In this document: piece by piece, positions 8,585 to 18,600 of the stretch
How positions within the stretch are numbered: the stretch's first letter is position 1
How the letters are laid out: every line of letters begins with the position of its first letter
DNA from: a virus
Lineage: Duplodnaviria; Caudoviricetes
IMG/VR virus record: IMGVR_UViG_3300031215_000047
Span: 1 to 31,033 of that record
Reading direction: 5' to 3' (one strand)
Length of the DNA stretch: 31,033 bases
Translations under genes and position numbers: made by a program
Notes under the pieces: generated by a model
What the model was told of the DNA's origin: nothing
Database searches by the model: none
The model's input: the letters and a program-made list of their open reading frames with translations, nothing else

Positions 8585-9511
8585 ATGAAAGAATTAATGA
8601 ACATTAGCACAGCTCTAGCAAGCTCTGACTTATTTAAGTCTTTGCAGGAAACTACGGATAAGTTGGCAGGTAGCGGCGGTGGAGATTACCGTAGAATCAG
8701 CCTAAAAGGTAGTAAGTTCCGCCTCAAGCTAGGTGGTGAGCAAGTAGGTAACGCCCGTACCGATGCGTTACAGATAGTTATCGTAGATGCCGCGGAGTTA
8801 TCACGTACATATTATGCAGGGGACTACGATTCAGATAACCCTACGTCGCCCACTTGTTGGTCAGCGGATAGCAAATCGCCTGACCCGAAAGTACCTGCGT
8901 CTCAGAAGCAGTCAGACAACTGTAAGACCTGCCCTATGTCTATAAAAGGCTCTGGCCAAGGTCAAAGCGCCGCATGTCGTTTTTCTCAGAAGTTAGCAGT
9001 AGTGCTCGATAACGAGTTAGAGGAAGAGAAGATACCTGTGTATCAACTAAGCTTACCTGCCAAATCTGTATTCGGCGCGGCAGAAAGCGGTCACATGCCT
9101 ATGCAAGCGTATGGCAAAATGCTTAAGACCCACAAGGCACCTGCTATTGCAGTGGTCACGGATATGTATTTTGATGAAGACAGCGATACTCCTAAAGTCT
9201 TCTTTAAACCTAACCGCATGCTTACTGAAACTGAACTCGCACGAGTTGTTGAGCTACGCGACTCCGAGGAAGTAAAAGACGCTATCACTATGTCCGTAGC
9301 AGAAGCCGATGGTGTAGCAGAAGCCGATGGTGTAGCAGAGGAAGAGAAAGCCCCTGCTAAGAAAGCCCCTGCTAAGACCAAAGTAGTAGAGGAAGAAGAT
9401 GACGAAGAAGAAGCCATCGAAGAACCTAAGAAAGTAAGCAAGAAAGCTGAAAAGCCTGAAGTAAAAGTAGACGACGAGCTTGCCGGTCTGATTGACGACT
9501 GGGACGAGTAA
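8585..9511 (+). CDS. Putative ssDNA-binding/annealing protein
   Basis: Position before the primase; Cys cluster (CWS...CKTCP...ACRF); long acidic/Lys tail ending DDWDE; function is inferred. Confidence 0.6.
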   Translation: MKELMNISTALASSDLFKSLQETTDKLAGSGGGDYRRISLKGSKFRLKLGGEQVGNARTDALQIVIVDAAELSRTYYAGDYDSDNPTSPTCWSADSKSPDPKVPASQKQSDNCKTCPMSIKGSGQGQSAACRFSQKLAVVLDNELEEEKIPVYQLSLPAKSVFGAAESGHMPMQAYGKMLKTHKAPAIAVVTDMYFDEDSDTPKVFFKPNRMLTETELARVVELRDSEEVKDAITMSVAEADGVAEADGVAEEEKAPAKKAPAKTKVVEEEDDEEEAIEEPKKVSKKAEKPEVKVDDELAGLIDDWDE

Positions 9512-9514
9512 GCG

Positions 9515-9531
9515 TTATGGGAATCCCATAA
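9515..9531. promoter_or_regulatory. Palindrome TTATGGGA-A-TCCCATAA, copy 2
   Basis: Intergenic, 8-bp arms identical to those of copy 1. Confidence 0.7.
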
Positions 9532-9549
9532 TGGGGTTCCTTTCTTTTT
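9520..9549 (+). terminator. Intrinsic terminator after the SSB-like gene
   Basis: GGAATCCCA-TAA-TGGGGTTCC stem (one G-U pair) followed by TTTCTTTTT. Confidence 0.65.
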
Positions 9550-9558
9550 CTTCAGGGG

Positions 9559-12414
9559 ATGGCAATGAACCGTGAAAATTTTATAAGGACGCTACTGCCG
9601 ACAAACGGGTTATACGCATTATTCGCAAAACATAAAAACGAAGAATGGCCTAGACAGACTTTCCACGACACTGTGGAGGGACTACTTAAAGCGCTAGACG
9701 CTTACGACGGGTATGACTTATATTGTGGGGTAGCTAGCTTTAAAGACGACAGCGATAGAAAGCAACATAATGTACACGAGATAAAAGCTTTCTTCTTAGA
9801 CTTGGATGCCAAAGACTTCGGCTCTAAGAAAGAGGCGTTGACGCAACTACAGGCTTTTTGTAAGGTAACTAAACTACCAAAACCTACTCTTATCGATTCG
9901 GGTAGGGGCATACACGTTTACTGGTTACTGGATAAAGCTATTGACGGTAGCACTTGGACTAAAGTAGCTACTAAACTAAAAGGTCTATGCGTACAGCATG
10001 GGCTTAAAGCTGACCCTGCGGTAACCAGTGACTCTGCAAGAGTAATGCGGATAGCAGGTACGTTTAACCATAAAGGCGAAGACCCCGTACCTTGCAGGGT
10101 GTTACAGTTTGACCCTGAGGCCGACAGAATTAGCCTAGAAGACTTCTCTGCTAAGATAGGTTACTCGTACGTACCTGAGCCAGAGTTTATAGTCCCTGCG
10201 GCGTTTGCGGGGCTAGAAGACCCACTATCTGACAAGTTAAGCGGCAATACTGAATCATCCTTTAAAGTCATAATGCAGAAAACACAGAAGGGCAAAGGGT
10301 GCGCTCAGCTAAGAAACGCGGTACTTGACAGTAAGGACCTAGATGAACCTACATGGCGAGGTGCACTATCTATAGCCGTAAGGTGTGTCGATAGTAGTGT
10401 AGCGCTACGCAAAGTATCTGAAAAGCATCCTGATTACTCAGAGAAGCTGACAAAGAAGAAGGCTGACGAAACTAAAGGCCCGTATACTTGCGACATGTTT
10501 GAAAACCTTAATCCTGATTTATGCAAAGGTTGCCCCAATAAAGGTAAAGTAAAATCCCCTATAGTACTTGGTAACCAGTTAATAGAACTAGAACAAACCG
10601 GTGACGGCGAAAGCCACCAAGAAACGGTCAAGTTAGTCAAGGACGGCGAAGTATTGCATGAGCTAACTGCTAATGTACCGCGCCCGCCTAGAGGTTACTC
10701 GTACGGAAAAGAGGGAGGTGTCTACGCTGTTGAGGTAGATGAAGACGGCAACAAAGACTTCAAAGTGGTATGCAAGCATACACTTTACGTAGTCGATAGA
10801 ACATACGACCCTATAGAACATCAGGAGTCGTTGATAGTCAGAGTACATATGCCGCAAGACGGTGTGCGGACCTTTATATTGTCTAACGCTCAAGTATCGT
10901 CTGCGGATAAGTTAAGAGAAGAACTCGCTAAGAAGGGTATACTATCTCTTAACCAGACAGAACTTAGGAGATACATCATGGCTTGGGTAGACCATTACCA
11001 ACAATATGCTATGGCTAAAAAACCTATACGCCAGTTTGGGTGGCAAGGTGTTGAGTGCACCCAATTCGTTTTGGGCGAAACTGTTTATACAAAAAACGGA
11101 CCAGAACTAGCACTGCCTTCGCCCAGAACGGCGCCTTACAATTCTTACTTCGACCCTAGAGGTACACTAGATAAGTGGGTAGCTAACTTAAAGTTTTGGG
11201 ACGACCCTAGATTCGTACAGCAACAATACTGTATGGGTGTCGGATTCGGCTCAGTACTAATGGAACGCGATGCTACTAACGCCTCTATACTGCATTTATA
11301 TAGTAAGGGTTCAGGGATAGGTAAGACGGCTATAGTAGAAGCGATAGCTAGTATATGGGGGCAACCTCGCCCACTTGTTATGAATCAAGACGACACGCTA
11401 GCATCTAAGATGAACCGCTCTGAGGTGTGGCACAACATACCGCTTATCCTAGACGAGATAACTAACATAACCCCGCAGGAAGCGTCACAAATCATATATC
11501 AGATGTCCAGTGGTCAGCAACGAAGCCGTATGAACAGCAACGCCAACGAGGAACGTGTTAGGGGGGACAGGTGGTCGTTCTTCTGTATCACCACTGCTAA
11601 TAACAGCATTCTAGATAAAGTTTGCGGTAGAGGAGGTAAAGCGTCGCCAGAGGCAGAAGCCCAGCGTGTTATCGAGATGCACGTAAACCGGCAGTACGCC
11701 GAGAACGACACAACCAACAAGAAGATTGCACTGAAATTTAGAAACGCCTTAGAGACTTCGTGCGGTGTAGCAGGTCCAGTTTTTATACAGTGGGTAATAA
11801 ACAATCCTACTGAGACCGACTTGATAATATCAAAAGTACAAGAGGCTGTTGATACCCGCGCCGAATTATCCGCTACAAATAGGTTTTGGTCGGCACAAGT
11901 AACATACGCTATCGCGGCTTTGGTCATATGCAAGAAACTAGGACTTTTAAGTTACGACCCTAAAAACGTTATGAAGTACGCTATTCAGATACTACTAAAA
12001 GAAAACAAGGCAAACGTAGTAGACATGAAGCAAGGATGTGTACAGGTGATAAGTAGTTACGTAGCAGAGAACTTTAGTAACTTCTTGCAGGTGAGAAACG
12101 ATAGTGACGCTTCAGATTCGGAGAACGGTACGCCGTTTATCCCACCAGACGAGAAAGCTAGAGTGAAGATACTGGGCAGATACGAGTCAGATAACTGCAG
12201 GTTGTTCTTGTTGTGCGGGCCATTTAAAGAGTGGTGCATAGATAGGCAGATTAACTACCGTGGTCTTCTCACTGACATACGTGAAGCGTACCCGTCAAGC
12301 GAGATAAAGACGTGCCGAATTGGTACTGGCACTAAACTAGACTTGGGTAGTAGCCGCACTTTAGTTATACCGTGGAGCCATAATGACGCAGATTCTCAAA
12401 GCCCTGCGTCATAA
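9559..12414 (+). CDS. Primase-helicase (AEP/RepB-like primase + Cys-rich domain + DUF927-type helicase)
   Basis: FFLDLD, SGRGIHVYW, RVMRIAGTFNHK; PYTC...CKGCP; FGWQ; Walker A GSGIGKT; Walker B LILDE. Confidence 0.88.
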   Translation: MAMNRENFIRTLLPTNGLYALFAKHKNEEWPRQTFHDTVEGLLKALDAYDGYDLYCGVASFKDDSDRKQHNVHEIKAFFLDLDAKDFGSKKEALTQLQAFCKVTKLPKPTLIDSGRGIHVYWLLDKAIDGSTWTKVATKLKGLCVQHGLKADPAVTSDSARVMRIAGTFNHKGEDPVPCRVLQFDPEADRISLEDFSAKIGYSYVPEPEFIVPAAFAGLEDPLSDKLSGNTESSFKVIMQKTQKGKGCAQLRNAVLDSKDLDEPTWRGALSIAVRCVDSSVALRKVSEKHPDYSEKLTKKKADETKGPYTCDMFENLNPDLCKGCPNKGKVKSPIVLGNQLIELEQTGDGESHQETVKLVKDGEVLHELTANVPRPPRGYSYGKEGGVYAVEVDEDGNKDFKVVCKHTLYVVDRTYDPIEHQESLIVRVHMPQDGVRTFILSNAQVSSADKLREELAKKGILSLNQTELRRYIMAWVDHYQQYAMAKKPIRQFGWQGVECTQFVLGETVYTKNGPELALPSPRTAPYNSYFDPRGTLDKWVANLKFWDDPRFVQQQYCMGVGFGSVLMERDATNASILHLYSKGSGIGKTAIVEAIASIWGQPRPLVMNQDDTLASKMNRSEVWHNIPLILDEITNITPQEASQIIYQMSSGQQRSRMNSNANEERVRGDRWSFFCITTANNSILDKVCGRGGKASPEAEAQRVIEMHVNRQYAENDTTNKKIALKFRNALETSCGVAGPVFIQWVINNPTETDLIISKVQEAVDTRAELSATNRFWSAQVTYAIAALVICKKLGLLSYDPKNVMKYAIQILLKENKANVVDMKQGCVQVISSYVAENFSNFLQVRNDSDASDSENGTPFIPPDEKARVKILGRYESDNCRLFLLCGPFKEWCIDRQINYRGLLTDIREAYPSSEIKTCRIGTGTKLDLGSSRTLVIPWSHNDADSQSPAS

Positions 12415-12619
12415 CCACTTTATAGAGGTTGACGGGGTAAAGTTTGCCATCCGATGGAGTGACTTTGGGAAAGGGACTTCCTTTTTTATACCCTGCATTA
12501 ATGCGTTTATGGTTACCAAGCAGGTAAAAAGCTACGTTAAGCAAGAGGGTTGGCAGGTTATTTATAGTATACGTGCAGAAGGCGGGTATTTTGGTGTTCG
12601 TTTTTGGAGAACAATGTGA
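12383..12619 (+). CDS. Small hypothetical protein
   Basis: 78 aa; GGAG SD inside the 3' end of the primase gene; last gene of the + strand arm. Confidence 0.7.
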   Translation: MTQILKALRHNHFIEVDGVKFAIRWSDFGKGTSFFIPCINAFMVTKQVKSYVKQEGWQVIYSIRAEGGYFGVRFWRTM

Positions 12620-12625
12620 TATATT
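12597..12625 (+). promoter_or_regulatory. Candidate extended -10 promoter (TG-A-TATATT) with weak -35 TTCGTT
   Basis: TG at 12617-12618, -10 at 12620-12625 (same hexamer as the 7726 promoter), 17-bp spacer; no downstream CDS before the terminator. Confidence 0.5.
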
Positions 12626-12631
12626 CCCAAT

Positions 12632-12698
12632 CGATGAACACACCTCCCTAGTAGACGTTTGTTTGTCTCCGGTTGGACCCCCGCAAGGGGGTCTTTTT
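12632..12698 (+). ncRNA. Candidate trans-acting small RNA (about 67 nt) with anti-Shine-Dalgarno seeds
   Basis: Lies between a candidate promoter and a strong terminator; 12660-12676 is complementary to 7742-7758 and 12640-12647 to 2337-2344. Confidence 0.5.
12676..12698 (+). terminator. Intrinsic terminator between the convergent arms
   Basis: GACCCCC-GCAA-GGGGGTC followed by TTTTT (GNRA tetraloop). Confidence 0.92.
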
Positions 12699-12699
12699 A

Positions 12700-15600
12700 C
12701 TACCGGTCTTCGAACATAACAGTCCCAAGAGTATCTTCGTTAAATTGCTTTAGATACTCCCGCATATTTTTAGAAAGGCTCACGCCGTTATACATCTCGT
12801 TTGAAGTCCTTATGTGCCCCTTCATAGAGGTTTTGATTCTATCTGGCGTTATAGCAAACTGCGGATTACGACGATTAAACTCCACCATCTCTTTAGCGGT
12901 TTCTCTAGCCGTTTTCAAATCGCCAATGCGGATAGCAACATAATACTTCTTAGTTAGACTAGTAGCCTTCTTGTTTATAGCTTCCTCGACTCGTTTGAAC
13001 CTACGTGTTTCTTCTTGCTTACGTAAGTACTCTTCTGGAGCGAACCCTATAACCTGAGATGCTATCTCTCCTGCTGACAAGTCATCGTGTACTAAGTCAT
13101 AACGACGCGTTCGTATACCACCTTCTCCAGAGTACCTGAACGGTTTAAGGATATTAGATAATGCGGCAGGTGCTAGTTGCTCGAACCCACGTCGGTAGTT
13201 ACCTTCTTGCAGGTCGTCTACACCTCTATCTATGCGATTGTATATGCTTAGACCAACCCCACCGAAGACACCTGCTATTGTTTCCTCGTTCGTAGGATTC
13301 GGGTTAAACTTGTTCCCCTGCAATATTAAGTCAGTGAGGCGCATACGCACACCGGCATCTATGTCTACCCCGAAGCTTTCTAGCGCGGCGTTAACCCCCC
13401 CACGGAACCAACCTTGACTTATATGACTTTGTACAATCGTATCGAAGTCGTCCTCGTCCTCGTCACCAAACATCGCGTCGTAAATAAGCGCGACGGAGCC
13501 ATATATCGGCAACCCATACACTCCCGAGAAGAACAGTGCCGTACCGTGTATACCAACAATCTGCCTAAGGGCTTCTTTGCGTTTTGTAGGGTCGTTTTTA
13601 TATAGCTCTTTTACTGCATTCCTAGCTGTCTGGAACATCATGGTATACATGTGGATGCCGTAGTTCTTATACATCAACGCTACGCGCCCGATACCTTGCT
13701 GAGATAACCCAGATGCGGCTTCTAGTGTAGCACCGCCGTTTATGCGTTGGGTGTATTCGATTGCAAATTGCGCGGCTTCTGTCCTAGCACGGTTTATTGC
13801 ATCGGCATCGCTCATGTCCGCACGATACTCTTTGTATAACTTGTTATACTCCAAGTTGTAAGACGCTATCAATGTAGCTTGGCGTCCGAACCTTTCCGCT
13901 TGGCTAAACATGCCGGCACTTAAAGCAACAAAGGTATTAATAAACCCCGTCTCTACTTCCTTGCCGCCCTCCGTTATGCCTAGAGCTTCGTTTAAGAAAG
14001 AGCTAGTTAACTGCCCTTGCTTTTTAGCCTCTAGTACCATCTGTTCGATACCTTTAAGTTGGTCCATTCTACTTTTAGGTAGTTTCAAATCTTTGCGAAG
14101 CTTTATTTTTGTCTCACCAGAAGCCTCGAAGGTAATGTCGAAGTATTCTTCTATGCCGTGGGCTATTGACCCCCTAGCTAGAGCCTTACCAGTGGCAGTG
14201 TCCTCCCTAGCTACGCCACGCGCACCAAACACGATACTGCTAGCCTCGCGTATAGCTTTACTTGCTTCAGGGTATGAGTACTTGCCCCCCAACATAGGGA
14301 AAGCAACCATGGGCACTTGTGACAAGTTAACCAGTGCAGAAGCCATGTTAAAGCCGATAGTAAACACAAACGCAGTTTGGTTGATATTCTTAAATACCGC
14401 TTCCATGCCTTTGTTGTCGGCACCGTTTATAACGAAGTTAACCCGTTTATCCAGTTCTTGTTTAACCTGCATCTGGTACTTGGCTTTTGCTGGTTCGACC
14501 TTGTTGTTTACAATCTCAGTCTCTACCGTCTCCGCTAGTTCAGTTTTTAAATCCGTTAGTTCTTTAACTGCGTCTAGCCTAACCGTCTGCGTACCGTTTT
14601 GGTAACCTTTCTTGGCTAGCGCGTACCCCACGTCTTTAGAATACCCTACAGTATTATCTCTACTGCGGAACGAGTTAAGGATTGACGATTCTGGCAATGT
14701 ATTTGTGTAGACATCGATAACGTCCGCTATAACGGTATCAGGTACGCCGCTATCTTTTAGCTCATTCAGCAAATCGTACATAAACGCCGTCGGCGGCACA
14801 TCACTTATTTTGTTGGACTCGTTAGAACGTCTGCGCTCTCTAACAGTGTCAGGAACATATGCGCTATCTTTTTTCAGCACCTCTATAAACTGCTTAGCCT
14901 CGGCACGACTGTCAAACTGCCTAACCACATTAGTCGGTAAACCGCCGAAGTCACGTATCTCGTACGCCACAACAAAGTCTCCTTCCCTAACTAGCGGGAA
15001 GTACACTTCTAGCCTACCTCTTTCTATTAGCTTCTTATTAAGTCTGTCCCTAGAGGCTTTGTTACCTGCGGCACCGGCTTTCTCCATTGTCTCTTCGATT
15101 CGACGGTTTAAGCTTTTCTCAACGTCTTTGCGCTGGTTGTCGTAGAACTCTCGCATCTCTCGATATATATTCTTAGTGCTAGGCTCCATTTTATCGAACA
15201 CTTCTTTGAGCATTTTATAACTTTCGCGCTGCTCGTCCGTTTTATAATCAGATATGTCTTTCTTGTCTACGTCAACCTGCGAGATAGTGGCACCGAAATC
15301 TTCGTCATATATAAACGTGTTAAGGTACGTACGTTGTGTTTCAGATAGTGCATTATACTTCTTAAGTAACGGACCAAGAATACCGTTAACCTTTTTCTCC
15401 ATTAACTCTTGTGCGCCACGGTAGCGGTTAAAGGCTTTTAGCATGCGATGACCTATGTCACCTAGGCCGGCCCACTGCGCCATATCCGCGACTCCCTGCA
15501 TCTGTAACACTCTATTAAACACGTTAGATACCGCTTCAGGTACAGAAGTCACTAGGTCTGAGGCTTTGTTTACCCACTTCTTACGCTCGGCCACCGTGTT

Positions 15601-18600
15601 GAAAGTTTTGGTCTGGTTGTCCATGTTTCTGCCGACCGTTGAAGCTACCCCGTCTGGCGTAGACTCCATTAGTAGCTCACCTGCTGGGCGTGTAGTAGGC
15701 GCTGGGTGTATAGCAGACATAATGAGGTTGTCCATCTCTGTCATTACTGACTGCGGACCCTTTACATCTATCCCTAGCTTAGTACGCATGAAATTAGCAA
15801 CGGTGTTTAAGAACCTACCCCATGCGCTCATAGCAGTTCCGTCAGGACGGATACGAGATAGCATCTTCTGGAAGTCTGGATTGCTAAACGCTTCGGCTAC
15901 AAACTCGTCTAGGTTTTTAGCACCGTAAGCAGAACCTAATTGGTCTTTTGATTCGGCAAATAGTTTCTCTAGTTGCTTGGTAGTTGGGTTGCTCTTGTTA
16001 GCGAGTGTCTGACTTGTTACAGCGTGTAGCACTTCGTGCAGAATCGTATGTGCGTTCATACCGTCAACGGCATCTAGGTACACTGTGTTGTTAGTAGGGT
16101 CGAAATACCCCGCTACGTCAGTACCGTCGGACGATGTTAGGTTACGCATTACAACTACTTTAGTGTCGCCTACGTTGTTTATTAGCGCGGTGACTATTCT
16201 GGTTAGCTTAGGGTCTACGATAGTTTGTTTTAGCCTAGTTAGCGCTTCGCCTAGTCTAGCGTTGTATAGTGAGGCACGTACACCAAAAGGAACTGCTTTA
16301 GCGCTTTCTAGTAAGGCGTCAACTGGTAAGTTCTTAGAGCGCATGTCCTTACGTAGGTTTTTAATACTTACGCCCAACGCTTTTATCTGGTCTTCTAGTG
16401 GTTTAACTGTTTTGGCCAAGTAGTCGCGTTTAGCTTCTCCTTTCATGCTAGAAGCTTTATCCATAGCGTTGTCATACTTGGCTTCTATTTGCTCTTTTTT
16501 GTTCTCTAACCCTGCTATCTCCACGATTATGGTGTCGTTAGTGACCGGCACATTACGCTTGCTTAACTCCGCGTCTTTTTTAAGGCGTGGGTCCGCAAGG
16601 TATTTTTCCACTGCCTTCTGTAAGGCAGACATGGACGGGGTTTTCTTTACAGCGGCGTAGGCTTCTTGCGCTCGCGTGAAACCAGTCCCAGCGAGTTTTT
16701 TATCGGTAGTGTTTTTTTGTTCGTTGTCATCTACCTCGAAAAATCTTTTGCCTTTATCTTTAGCGGTTCTTGGAGCCCCTTTTCTAGGTTGGCGCTCTGG
16801 GCTTTCCGACATTAAATCGAACGCGATGCTTCTTGCCGCCATATCGACATCACCATCAGAGGCATCCATATACTTATCAAACGAAGCTTTTTCTTTTGCC
16901 GAGGCAGTAGAGTCCTGCGTAGTTACCTTATTAGCCGCGGCTTTTACATCACTTTCTGTCCTAACCGGTGCTTCCGCCGCAGGTTCGTTCTTCTTGCCCG
17001 TACGATTAACGCTTACACCCCGTGAAGCGTTCCGCTCTTTTTTAGTCTGCGACTCCGTTTTCTTAGGGGTAGGAGCTTTCGCCGCCGGCTTAGTAGTCTT
17101 AACAGGTTCGGATTTCTTAGCAACCGGTGCAGGTTTAGGTGCTTCTTTCTTAGCAACCGGTGCAGGTTTAGGTGCTTCTTTCTTAGCAACCGGTGCAGGT
17201 TTAGGTGCTTCTTTCTTAGCAACCGGTGCAGGTTCGGCTTTCTTAGCAACCGGTGCAGGCTTAGCTGGTACTACTTTCCCCGCGAAAATATTTCTTACTC
17301 GTTTACTAACGCGTCTTTGTGACTTCCCTGCTTGAACCACGCGGTCTAAGTAGGCTTTTTGTTTCTGGGAGGTAGTGGCATCGGGCATTGCCGTTACTAC
17401 AGCTTCAGCAACGCGGTCTTCGAAGCCGGTCTTTTCCACTAAGGTCATATCCGCCCATGGTTTAGGTTCCACTACACTATCTATCATTTTTCGAGCACGA
17501 GCGTTCGCGGCTCTCTGCCCAGTAACTTGGCCCTGCCCAGAAGGTGCCTTGCTAGGTGTTTCTGGTGCCTCTATATCAGCGGCTTGTATCGCTTGTTGTT
17601 CTGCTTGGGCGTCGGCATCTTCTTTCTGAAGCGCCTCTACTATGCCTGAAGCACGTTTTAGTTTCTCGAACTCAGGTTCCGTTAAGGTAGTGTCTTGCAA
17701 CCCTCCGGCTTTCATACTGTCTACAACCGCCCGTCGTAGCCTATTAACGTTAGTTTCTTCGGGTATGGAGGCCAATGTGTCTTCTATAATTTTATCGCGT
17801 CTTTGTTGTGACTTGTTACGTTGAGAAGTCTCTAATAATTCATTAGTAACAGGTACAGTCGCTTCAAACTCTTGTGCCGCTTGTTGTTCTTGTTGCGCTC
17901 GTTGTTTTTGTTCCGCGGCATCGTTTTGTTCTTGCTCTAGCAAACCTGCAAATTCGGCTTCCTCAACTACGTCCAACTGGCGCGTACGTGCATCTTCAGC
18001 AAACAACTCATCTACTTGTTCTTGCTCGGTGGGCTGTGCCATCTGCTCTTGGCGTTGCCGCTCTTGCTCTTTACGTTGTAAGTTCTGAGCTAGATTTTGA
18101 CCGCGCTCGGCGGCGAACATGTCTTGTTGTTCCCCGGGCACCAGCGATTCGTTACGCAACTGCGTTTGTCTATCTAGTTCAAGTTGTTGTTCTGGACTAA
18201 TACGTTGTGGCGCTTGTTGTGGCGCAGTAGGTTCGTTTCTACGGTTCTCGATGCGCTGTTCCGCTTGAGCTAAACCAGCAATGCCAGTTTTGGGGATTTG
18301 AGGTTGTTGGGCACGTAGGCGTTCTAACCTAGATAAGCGTGGGTCTAAGTCCGCTTCTTCCCCAACATCGGGGGTATCGTCGCCCTCTTCAGCTTTAGCC
18401 ATCATAGCGCCGACACTATCTTCATCCCACTCGTCAGGTATTTGCGATCCTATTTCTTGCTTTTGTTCGGGAGTTAACGGTGTCTGCTGCTGGGTTTGTG
18501 CAGGCGCAGTAGGGCTTGGTGATGTTGGTGAAGTACCCTCATTCTGCGGGGTTTCAGTGCGTTTTGGAGTGTTGGCTGACCTTCTTCCCCCTAACAAGTC

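Noticed and set aside
9296-9377. 18-bp and 15-bp duplications in the SSB-like gene
   Set aside because: Two-copy slippage repeats in a low-complexity tail (VAEADG, KAPAK); no sign of a separate function
12365-12643. 92-aa - strand ORF near a GGGAGG sequence, an alternative explanation for the anti-SD-like seed
   Set aside because: The GTG start overlaps the SD-like sequence with no spacing, and the ORF is antisense to two better genes; a short peptide from another start is not fully excluded
12676-12698. Bidirectional terminator for the late operon
   Set aside because: The - strand has no U tract after the hairpin, so only + strand termination is supported
17113-17259. Possible CRISPR array or mini-array
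   Set aside because: Units are contiguous, in-frame coding repeats with no unique spacers
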